From: Octopus sinensis
Lineage: Eukaryota
Direction: 5' to 3'
Assembly (NCBI RefSeq): GCF_006345805.1
Contig: NC_043003.1
Span: 81,034,001-81,098,000, forward strand
DNA length: 64,000 nucleotides
The first letter of the stretch is position 1. Each line of letters opens with the position of its first letter. Of this stretch, positions 12,671 through 23,328 are shown piece after piece. A model generated the notes under the pieces. The model was not told the DNA's origin and made no database searches. It saw only the letters and a list, made by a program, of their open reading frames with translations. Position numbers and translations under genes: made by a program.

Positions 12671-15286
12671 ATGATCCGGTTCTTGACTGAAGACTGAGCG
12701 GTTCGAATGTCCTGTCCATGTTTATTGTATCGTCTTCTAAGAGTTATACGTTCTGTCCATGTTGTATTTTTCTACATACCTTAACATATATTCCAGGCGC
12801 CCCGTACCCCCCTTATCATTAATGTGAACACATATTCTTAATAATTGGTACGACTCTCTGTTTGTCTCTCTCTCTCTCTCATTTTTACTTGATCTGTCCC
12901 CCCCTCTCTCTCTTTTCTCTCTATTCATCTTCTCTTTCCTCTGATCCTTTGGTCTAGTCTTCCACTACCCTCCTATTTCTTTGTCTCGCTCTGCACTCAC
13001 AGGTCATTCTTCGACACCCATCCCTTCTCCTCTCTGATTCCTTCTTTCTCTCTCTTCTCTCTCTTTGTTGCGTTTTGTCCCCCTTTTCTCTCTCTCTTCC
13101 TTTGCTTCTCTTTCTTTTCTTTTCCCTCTTCTCTGTCACGTGACTGTTGGCCGAAATCTGCCTTTCAGCTCCTGACCCTCGTCGTGTTAACATCGTTGTT
13201 TTTCGTCCGCCGCTATAAAGGCTTTTTCCAATGCGCCAGAGAAAAAAATTGTTTGCTTGTCATCAGTCGTAAGACACTTGTTGTTTTCACCGTTAATGCT
13301 TCTGTATTTCATGTTTCTGTATTCCATTATTGTTTTTTGTTTTTTTATATCTGTCCCTTTTGCTGTCCTGGTGTTCGTATGCATTCGATCCTTCTTCCAG
13401 GAAATCTACGCTTCAGCTTAGTTTTTCTAATGCTCGTCGCTTAGTTTTTCTTGGAGGGCTGGCCGTGATCTAGTAATCTCAAGATTAATCAGCCGAAATT
13501 ACTACGATGATCCGGTTCTTGACTGAAGACTGAGGGGTCGAATGTCCTGTCCATGTTTATTGTATCGTCTTCTAAGAGTTATACGTTCTTGTCCATGTTG
13601 TATTTTTCTACATACCTTAACATGTATTCCAGGCGCCCCGTACCCCTCTTATCATTAATGTGAACACATATTCTTAATAATGGTACGACTCTCTGTTTGT
13701 CTCTCTCTCTCTCATTTTTACTTGATCTGTCCCCCCCTCTCTCTTTTCTCTCTATTCATCTTCTCTTTCCTCTGATCCTTTGGTCTAGTCTTCCACTACC
13801 CTCCTATTTCTTTGTCTCGCTCTGCACTCACAGGTCATTCTTCGACACCCATCCCTTCTCCTCTCTGATTCCTTCTTTCTCTCTCTTCTCTCTCTTTGTT
13901 GCGTTTTGTCCCCCTTTTCTCTCTCTCTCTTCCTTTGCTTCTCTTTCTTTTCTTTTCCCTCTTCTCTGTCACGTGACTGTTGGCCGAAATCTGCCTTTCA
14001 GCTCCTGACCCTCGTCGTGTTAACATCGTTGTTTTTCGTCCGCCGCTATAAAGGCTTTTTCCAATGCGCCAGAGAAAAAAATTGTTTGCTTGTCATCAGT
14101 CGTAAGACACTTGTTGTTTTCACCGTTAATGCTTCTGTATTTCATGTTTCTGTATTCCATTATTGTTTTTTGTTTTTTTATATCTGTCCCTTTTGCTGTC
14201 CTGGTGTTCGTATGCATTCGATCCTTCTTCCAGGAAATCTACGCTTCCAGCTTAGTTTTTCTAATGCTCGTCGCTTAGTTTTTCTTGGAGGGCTGGCCGT
14301 GATCTAGTAATCTCAAGATTAATCAGCCGAAATTACTACGATGATCCGTTCTTGACTGAAGACTGAGGGGTTCGAATGTCCTGTCCATGTTTATTGTATC
14401 GTCTTCTAAGAGTTATACGTTCTTGTCCATGTTGTATTTTTCTACATACCTTAACATGTATTCCAGGCGCCCCGTACCCCTCTTATCATTAATGTGAACA
14501 CATATTCTTAATAATTGGTACGACTCTCTGTTTGTCTCTCTCTCTCTCTCATTTTTACTTGATCTGTCCCCCCCTCTCTCTCTTTTCTCTCTATTCATCT
14601 TCTCTTTCCTCTGATCCTTTGGTCTAGTCTTCCACTACCCTCCTATTTCTTTGTCTCACTCTGCACTCACAGGTCATTCTTCGACACCCATCCCTTCTCT
14701 CTGATTCCTTCTTTCTCTCTCTTCTCTCTCTTTGTTGCGTTTTGTCCCCCTTTTCTCTCTCTCTCTTCCTTTGCTTCTCTTTCTTTTCTTTTCCCTCTTC
14801 TCTGTCACGTGACTGTTGGCCGAAATCTGCCTTTCAGCTCCTGACCCTCGTCGTGTTAACATCGTTGTTTTTCGTCCGCCGCTATAAAGGCTTTTTCCAA
14901 TGCGCCAGAGAAAAATTTGTTTGCTTGTTATCAGTCGTAAGACACTTGTTGTTTTCACCGTTAATGCTTCTGTATTTCATGTTTCTGTATTCCATTATTG
15001 TTTTTTGTTTTTTTATATCTGTCCCTTTTGCTGTCCTGGTGTTCGTATGCATTCGATCCTTCTTCCAGGAAATCTACGCTTCCAGCTTAGTTTTTCTAAT
15101 GCTCGTCGCTTAGTTTTTCTTGGAGGGCTGGCCGTGATCTAGTAATCTCAAGATTAATCAGCCGAAATTACTACGATGATCCGGTTCTTGACTGAAGACT
15201 GAGGGGTTCGAATGTCCTGTCCATGTTTATTGTATCGTCTTCTAAGAGTTATACGTTCTTGTCCATGTTGTATTTTTCTACATACC

Positions 15287-15289
<3 letters not shown>
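12671..15289 (+). repeat. Tandem array of ~836-bp non-coding units (~3.1 copies) between (AT)n tracts
   Basis: ATGATCCG(G)TTCTTGACTGAAGACTGA recurs at ~12671, 13507, 14341 and 15176. Units differ mostly by homopolymer indels. Confidence 0.95.
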
Positions 15290-15347
<58 letters not shown>

Positions 15348-15984
15348 CAGAGGGAGAGGATGCGAGAATAGAAGAAAAGCCTCCTTCTCAAAAAATTGCT
15401 GGCTATGTGCTAAAATTTTAAAGCGTTTATTCTTTTATCTACAGAAATTGTTCATACAATCTTTAATTGTAGAATGCGTGTTTCTGTATGTGACTTCGTA
15501 ATTTTATCTCAATTGACACTCTCGTTATATACCCTTCTATGAATACACTACTGTGTACAAATAGACACTTAATGAAATCTGACTCTCCCGCAACTCGTAT
15601 GTATATATGTATATATATGTGTGTGTGTGGCGGGGTGCAAACGTATTCACGTTCTTCTATATTTTTCGCTTAGTATTTGTTTTTCTTGTAACTTTCTTCT
15701 CCGTTTAACAGGGGTATTTGTAAAATCGCTATTTTCTCGTCACATTCTTAATAATAATTTTTATTTGAACATTTCAGAAATAATTATAAGTCACTTGACA
15801 TATAAATCGAGGTCTCAGATTTGAAGCCAATTTGATAACAATCGTGTGCGAATCTCCTGACCCTTGAATCACTCTTGAGCATATGCATGTATGTATGCAT
15901 GTATGTAAGTGTGTATGTTTTTTATGTATGTGTGTATGTATGCATGTGTACACACACATACATACCACGCAATCGACTAAATTA

Positions 15985-16862
15985 TACGTGGTCTAATCAA
16001 TAATGATCAGGATGGTTTCCATAGTGACAAATCAAAAGAACGGAGAGGGAAGCCGCTTAGTACAGATTGACCTTGAACACTGCTGTGCTTGTGCACTGAG
16101 TTCTAACGCTCTAGGCCACTTCCGCTGTCTACAGCGGTACTAGGACGGAAGGTGTGTATCGTGTGAGCATCTCATTGATCATGACAAAGAAAGTTGAACA
16201 GAGAATATACATCAATTTTTGCCAAAAGCTTGGCCTTCGCAAAGTGTTTATAGAGTTTTCATCGTTCTCGACACAATCAAGTAAATCTTGTGCAACTTAA
16301 ACCCGAGTGTCTTTTTGGTCAGCTGAAAGCAGTTTTGGCACAAACTTGGCAGACACGCCTCTCATGCCCAAATCTTCAGTGATAATAGACTGAACTGAAC
16401 CGTAACTATCTACACACACTCTGATAACTCACCGATGGTGATTCGAAGTTTTGCCCTCACAGCTGTTCGCACATCCGCGACTTTTTTTCAGCTCTGCTGA
16501 TTGCGGATCTGCCAGAACGTTCGTCAATATTGCCATTTTTTCGGCCATGTTAGAAACGTCTGAATACCTCGTACACTTGGTGGGGCTCATAAACTCCTCT
16601 CCATACACCTTCTACAACTTTGCGTAGGCCTTTGAGCAGGAATCGCCATGACAACTTTCTCTGTCATGGTCAGTGCAACGATCACATGCTACACACCTTC
16701 CTTCCAAGCACCACTGCAAACAGCGGAAGTGAGTCAGAACATTAAACCTTAGTGCGCTTGCACAGCAGAGATGAAGGTCTATTTTTGCCGAGCGACTTCA
16801 CGTACCGTACTTTAGATTGTTTACTATAACAACAGTCCTTATACTTATTGATCAGACCTTGT
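15985..16862. mobile_element. Rearranged mariner derivative
   Basis: TIR-like TACAAGGTCTGATCAATAAG at the right end (minus strand) and tacgtggtctaatcaataa at the left. MTKKVEQRI..FCQKLG on plus (~16175). HTH-region ..GSVQSIITEDLGMRGVSAKFVPKLLS..QK on minus. Confidence 0.7.
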
Positions 16863-17689
16863 ATATGTACATACATATATACATACACACACACTTATAT
16901 TCAAACTGGCACACACACACACACACCAATATAGTTTAGCAGCGAATATGTGTGTGTTTTATATACATCAGATTTATGCGTGGTTTCGTAGAAAACAACA
17001 TTCAAACTACGCAAACTGGGCACCGTGTTCGGCGGGTGAAGAAGAGCAATGTTTCAGAACTTTTCCATCGGAAATTAAATTGTGAACCGCTGCTGACCCT
17101 TTGATGTATACTGTCGCATGCTAGAACAACTTATTAGTAACCTTAACTCATTGTCCGACATTAACTATTCTTTGAATCCGTTAGTCAAACCAGTGTTTCG
17201 TTCTCTCAGTCTTTGATCATTCCAATTTTATCTATAGCATTTGTACGGTGCCCGACCGACTAACAATAACCATTGCCTAAAAAGCTTCTGCTGCTAATGT
17301 CGATTGGATATTCTGTCGCCGTTCTGTCAACATCTTCACATACTTCAAAACATGTCCTTACCTGTAATTTCTCCAAGTCTGAGCAACGTCAGTATTATCC
17401 CCATGAGTACCTGTTACAGCATCTTTTGGTGAGCTTTTACCATGCATCTGGTCGGGGTTAGATATTTTGAGGAAGATAGGCATTTGTTCATGCAAGCAGG
17501 TATCTTCTCTCAACGCCAGAGGTTATCGTCACAGACGCTGTTGGGAAATCCCAATCATCGACACAATCATCGTGACAGATATAATACGGCATCTCGCCCG
17601 ACTCTTTAACACGTCTGCCACTCACCGTCCTGGATTGGTGTTTTATGTCACTCTCTACCAAATCTGAAATTCACATTGTCAGCAGGTGG

Positions 17690-18085
17690 GGTTTGAAATC
17701 AATGGACTGTGTGGTAAGAAGATTGCTTCCCAACCATATAGTTTCGAGTTCAGTCCCATTGCGTTGTACCTTGGGCAAGTGTTTTCTTCTATAGCCTCGG
17801 GCCAACCAAAGCCTTGTGAGTGGGTTTGGTCGACTGAAACTGAAAGAAGCCCGTCATATGTGTGTGTGTGTGTGGTGCGTGTATGTGTGTGTGTACTTGT
17901 GAGACTGTGTTCCCCTACCACCATCGTTTGACAATCGATTTTGGTTTGCTTACGTTTGGTTTTTCGGCTCGGCAAAAGAGACCGATAGTATAAGTACTAG
18001 TCTTACAAAGAATAAGCCCTGGAGTCGATTCGTTCGATTAAAGGTGGTGCTCCAGCATGGCCCAAGTAATAGAATAAAAGAATAT
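17690..18085 (+). mobile_element. tRNA-derived SINE family B
   Basis: Colinear with the 54008 copy (ctgtgtggtaag...ttgggcaagtgt...ccttgtgagtgg.tttggt..gaaactgaaagaagcccgtc). Confidence 0.8.
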
Positions 18086-18104
18086 ATGTATACACATACA
18101 TATA

Positions 18105-18505
18105 TGACCGACTGCTCTCAGTTTTCCTCTACCATAACTACTTACTATGCTTTGGTCGACCCGAAGCTATAGTACAAGACACTTGCCCGAGTTGCTACGC
18201 AGTGGGATTGAATGCAGAACCATGTGCTTGGGAAAGGCGGTGATCTGGCAGAATCGTTAGCACGCCGGCGAAATTCCTTACCGGTATTTCGTCTGCCGTT
18301 ACATTCTGAGTTCAAATTCCGCCGAGGTCGACTTTGCCTTCCATCCTTTCGGAGCCAATTGAATAAGCACCAGTTACGCACTGGGGTCAATATAATCGAC
18401 TTAATCTGTTTGTCTGTCCTTGTTTGTTCTCTCTGTGAATAGCCCCCTCGTGAGCAGTAAAGAAATAAGAACCATGTTGTTGGGAAGCAAGCTTCTTACC
18501 ACAAG
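18105..18505 (-). mobile_element. SINE family B copy interrupted by a SINE A insertion
   Basis: Family B sequence lies on both sides of the SINE A copy, with a duplicated 19-bp target. Confidence 0.65.
18236..18467 (+). mobile_element. Full-length SINE family A with LINE-like tail
   Basis: Head GGCGGTGATCTGGCAGAATCGTTAGC, B box GAGTTCAAATTCC, tail ending AGTAAAGAAATA, TSD-like flanks. Confidence 0.85.
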
Positions 18506-19570
18506 TTAAGATATAGTCTGGTTTTCAGGTTTTTTTAATTATGGTATTTAAACATCAAAAATATTTTGTTATGTTCATACAGTTTAATTAGCACTTTCAT
18601 ACGTTCGTAGTAATCATCAGATTTCAAAATGTCTTTTACTGACAGTTGATTTCTTGAACGCTCCAAGAAGCTAAATATTTGGAATACGGTTTTGACCAAT
18701 CCGCATGCAGCTTAAACATTACTGTTTGCCGGGCGTACTGATATTCTGTAAATTTGTTTATATTCATATGTTACAGATATTTTTTAATCCTCGTCATTAA
18801 CTGGTTGTTATATTATTGTTGTTATATCCGTTCAGATCATATTTGAATGAACTGTTTTACTTTTATCTTTCTTACAATCTCACTTGTATCATGTAGTTTG
18901 TGGAAAAATTAGAAACATTTTCTGACAAAATGTTTCTATATGTTCGCTTAATGGAATCTGGCGAACGTTGGTGTTCCGAATTTATTGTCTGTAGACTTGT
19001 GAGCGTTCCGATAATATATTCCCTGTCTCGCCTATATATAGTTCCTCGCAATTCAGACAATTAATGCAGTAGATCAAATTTCTGCTTTTGCAGTTCATAT
19101 CTGCATTTCCAAATTTTGTTCTAATGGCTTTAGCAGTATGCATGTATTGGCACGTTCCACATCTGTTATCATTACACTTTGATAGTGTGAATCCTTTGTC
19201 CTGTTTGTTCATGTTGAATTTTACCTTTGTTAATATTTTCTTTAGATTATGTGGCTGCCTTTTGCTTAAGATAAGTGTTCGATTAGTTATTACGTTTTTA
19301 ATTTTTCACTTTGTTTTCTAATCGGCAAATTTGTTTTGATGATGTTAAAATTGTTTTCGTGATGCCGATCGTATGGTATTAGAAATGGTATTTTGCTCCG
19401 TTGATAGGTCCGTCTGATAGGTCCGTCAGGTATCTGGTTTGCTCGTTGTATGCTATTTTCTACAAGTAGGAGAGGATTATTTCGCTAGATCAGAAATCCT
19501 TTGAGTTCTATAAGTCGTGTAGTTATGGTATTGTATTAAAGTACAATTTTTACTGAGTAGACAGTACGGG
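18500..19570 (-). mobile_element. Penelope-like element 3' part (GIY-YIG relic)
   Basis: KCNDNRCGTC...NCKSRNLIYCINCLNCEELYIGETGNILSER is a classic PLE GIY-YIG with Cys motifs; frameshifted. Confidence 0.85.
18586..18623 (-). ncRNA. Degenerate hammerhead-like motif 3' of the PLE ORF
   Basis: AAU-CUGAUGA-U-UAC(UACGAAC)GUA-U-GAA-AGUGCU-A-AUU. Stem III would be palindromic AGCGCU before a CpG transition. Confidence 0.45.
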
Positions 19571-19711
19571 ATGTTGCGTTTTGTGTGTGTTGGGTGGCAT
19601 GATTTGAAATTTAGGTACTGGTGTGTAATAGCAATAAAAAACGTGAAAACCAAACCATGTTTTAATCTTATTCAACTTATATATTCTATACACATTCACA
19701 CAAATTCTGAA

Positions 19712-19758
<47 letters not shown>

Positions 19759-20025
19759 CGTGTGTGTGTGTATGTACATATATATGTGTGTGTGTGTTTA
19801 TCTCTCTCTCTGTATATATATATATATATTATATATGTGTGTTCAATCTGCGTTCAGCTCCATTTCTTCAATTCACCAATTATATATATATATATATATA
19901 CATTAAGGAAAAGTAAGCAGTCAGTATTCTGGATAATTCTTTATTTAGCGGTTTCATCCATTCATGAGGATTTTTCAAAGTAAAGTATACATCACTTGAA
20001 TCACTCTATATATATACACCTATAT

Positions 20026-20063
<38 letters not shown>

Positions 20064-20949
20064 ACACGCGCACATACACAAGCTCACACATACACACAAT
20101 AATCCATTATTGTAGCACGGAATGCATTAATAAAAGGAAATTCGCCGTTGTTAGGCATTCCACAGCTCTAGTATTATTCAAAACTATTCAGCTATGAATG
20201 GGACGTTAAGCGTGACATCAAGCATGTTGATTAATCAACATGTTACTTCCCGTTTGTTTATTTGGTTTGCCTGACGAGTTGAGAGTTGCGAAACATACAG
20301 CGTACTTCTTGTGGATGCTGTACTTATTGCATTGCTAGCTTTACTATGTAGTCTCTTTTCTAGTAATTCTGCTGCAGTTTTGGTATATATAAAATCACGT
20401 TACTCGTCTGCGCGAGCATTTGGTTATTTCGTTTAAACAAACGTAATTCTGAAACAACGTCGAAGAGGAAGCGAAACCTTGATCATAATGAAACTAAATT
20501 ATGAAGATCTATAAATTTTAGTATCAAAACAAATAAGAGACCGTTCATAAGTCGTGGAATTTCCTTGGGTTCTGTCAGTTCATTATTATCTATTCTCCAA
20601 TAATCCAATTATATCTGCTTTGATATTAGAGAGAAATATGCGGTAGACTTAGTACATAGATGTTATATGTTCATAAGGCTGTTTGTTCACATCGCTGTTT
20701 GTTCACATCGCCATATACACGTCTTTGAACTTGATTTCGCTTCGATTATTCATGAACGTGTGCATATGTGATTGCGTTTAAAGTTTTGCACTGGTAATCC
20801 AATAAAGAGGGATCAGATGTTAGCTTAGCATATAATTGATTCTAAATACCTTTTCTTTTCCGTCTTTTAGTATACAGTTCTGAGAAAAAATTTAAAAGAT
20901 AGCTTTTTGCTTGTAAGCACGAAATATGGTTTGTTGAGAAATTGTGGCG

Positions 20950-21013
20950 ATGAATACGTCAGAAGGAAGTGAGATGGAAAGTGAGTGGGATGAGGCCAGT
21001 AATTTTGAAGAAG
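20950..21013 (+). CDS. Candidate first coding exon of an unknown gene (MNTSEGSEMESEWDEASNFEE)
   Basis: Upstream polypyrimidine-AG at ~20869, ATG, acidic open frame, phase-1 GT donor (gtataa, weak). Confidence 0.3.
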
Positions 21014-21683
21014 GTATAAGTCAATTACTTTGGCATAGAATGTATTTTATCAACTCCGAATGATAGAATGCAATGTTCTCAAAGACAACAAATATGTTTT
21101 GTGGTCTTCATTACCTAAAACTTCATAAGAAAACTGAAACATGTGTGGAGATATCTTCCCCATTTGCTATAACAAAATATTTTCTGTCTCTGTGAGAAAA
21201 GAAAAAGTTATTACTTCTGCAAAATTAATTCTGTTAGCCTATGCATTCAATATATTAAAACTAACTTCACTTTGTCCGGATGAACAAACATTCAGAAGCA
21301 GAAGTAACTCTTACATACATAATATACATGCATACATACAGGCTATCAGACGCACACCCATACATTTACTTTCATTAAATTGAGGCGTTTTTACCTCTTG
21401 AGAGGATGTCTGTTTGCTAGGCTTCTGGCGCCATAGCTAAGGTTATGTGTTGCTGTTAATGGTGTTGTGCTAGAACAACTGACCACAAGAACATAACATG
21501 TTTCCCTAGACAAAACACTAATACAAATATAATTATATTGTTCATTGCTAAATTCACCCATGCGAAATCTATCATGTGTGACTGCTGTAGTTCTAACAAG
21601 GAAACAGAATGTTCGTTTCGGTATATAAAGGGAAATGATCCTCTTAACATAACGGATTTAGAAAATTGTTTTATGATATGCAG

Positions 21684-21725
21684 AATACTTCAGTTACAGC
21701 AACAATAACAACAAGAATCAACTTG
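21684..21725 (+). CDS. Candidate 42-nt exon (EYFSYSNNNNKNQL)
   Basis: tgcag acceptor, gtatgt donor, phase 1 at both ends, in frame with the 20950 exon. Confidence 0.3.
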
Positions 21726-23197
21726 GTATGTGCTCAACTAAGGTTCTATGTATTATTTCATTGATTTCAGTGTTTGAATTGTGGCGTTGCTGGGGCACAT
21801 ATTTCACGGGTTTTAACCATCATGTTGTAACCATTATTTATTTCCTTTTGCAATATATTTCATCGAATAAATATGTATTTACCAGTTTATCGAGAAGAGT
21901 GCAATTCCATGCGCTATCGCGTGCCGTTATAAAGACACATAGACATGCACATACATATTAGATGGGCCCACACACAGTTTCTACCCAGAAAATCCCACTC
22001 ATAGGGAACGAGGCCAACGAGGGTACAACAGATTACGCCCAACAGACGGCTCAAACCCACACTCGTATGTTTCTCTAGCAAATCATAGAACCACGAAGCT
22101 ATTCAGGTACATTTATTTATAAATGATATTAACAATTATATATAAAAAATAACTTATATGAAAATATTATAAAGTGACAAATAACATTTGGCAAGCAAAG
22201 TAGGTTGTTTGAATCGAAATAAAATAACTTACAACAAAATATAAATATAAACACTGAAAACTGAAAACTGTACATATGAAGCTTTGAAAAGAAACACGAT
22301 AGCTTGATTTTTAGTTTTATTATCGAAATCTTTCGGATAAAATTTTGTTAAAAATAATTTACCAAGATATCTTCATAGTTAAAAGTAGAATGGTTATCAA
22401 TAACTTGGAATATGAAATGAAACGTTTTAGCTTTTATTTTGTCGAAGTTGGCAAGGAAACATATATCTAATATATTGATGTTTCAGAATGTAGTGAAATA
22501 CATTGATCCAGCAGTTTGCAAGATCAATACCCAACAGAACTCATGTTGTTTGATTCAACACATACTACAATTAGATTTTGCATTAATACTTTAAATAAAT
22601 GTTGAAGGAAGTAAAAGCTGTTTAGCTTTAAATCTTCAATATGATAAAGATATAAATTTTATTTCCATATTTATATTTATGTTCAGTTGTCTTTAATAGG
22701 ATTTACAATTTAGATTCTCATTCTTGAAACTCTGTGGGATCTCAATTATATGTTATAAATTGTACAGGCAATATGCATTAAACTTTCTGTTTTACATAAT
22801 ATGTTTTACATAATATCTTTATTCTATTAATAGCGTCTTTCTTGCTGAAGGTTACATGTTTATGGCGCTTCACCTTTTACAAACAAGAGCAATCAGATCG
22901 TTACGCAACAATTTAAATTTATTAAAAAAGAATGCATTTATTATATTGTTTTAATATTTTAAGTAATATCAAAATTAATTTACAACTATTAACATAATAA
23001 CTGCCATAAAAAGAAGCAGAGGAGCAAAATAAATATGTATATAACTACAGAATACCATCCTCCCTCTCTCTCCCCATCACCCCTCTCTCTCTCTGCCTAA
23101 TTTTACAACACTCTTCCTGCGTTAAAGATGTCTATTCTTTCATCCTTTCACATAGCTACCAGCTAACATTAGAAAGCGCATGTAACGCTTTAAAAAC

Positions 23198-23328
23198 CTA
23201 AGTATTTGCTCCGTGCTTAACTAAAATGTCAAGTCCCGACCACCAAGTCATTGCGGCATATTGTTTCGGTGTCAGTCCGTTCTGGAGCCATACAAGAGAT
23301 TTTAGTAGCCAGGTTTCATCAATTATTT
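23198..23328 (-). CDS. Candidate terminal exon with an ankyrin-repeat-like segment
   Basis: ctacttaaatactttcag acceptor; translation ..QNGLTPKQYAAMTWWSGLDILVKHGANT* resembles GxTPLHxAA...LLxHGAN (one residue short). Confidence 0.35.

Noticed and set aside
13450-13550. HDV-like or twister reading of the tandem-unit motif
   Set aside because: There is no room for HDV P3/L3/P4, and twister-like GAGGG is not conserved in the divergent monomer.
12671-15289. CRISPR array or coding repeats
   Set aside because: Eukaryotic context, 836-bp identical units with no unique spacers, and ORFs that are low-complexity purine/pyrimidine translations.
20223-20242. Perfect 20-bp palindrome CATGTTGATTAATCAACATG
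   Set aside because: Real but isolated; no function can be assigned from sequence.
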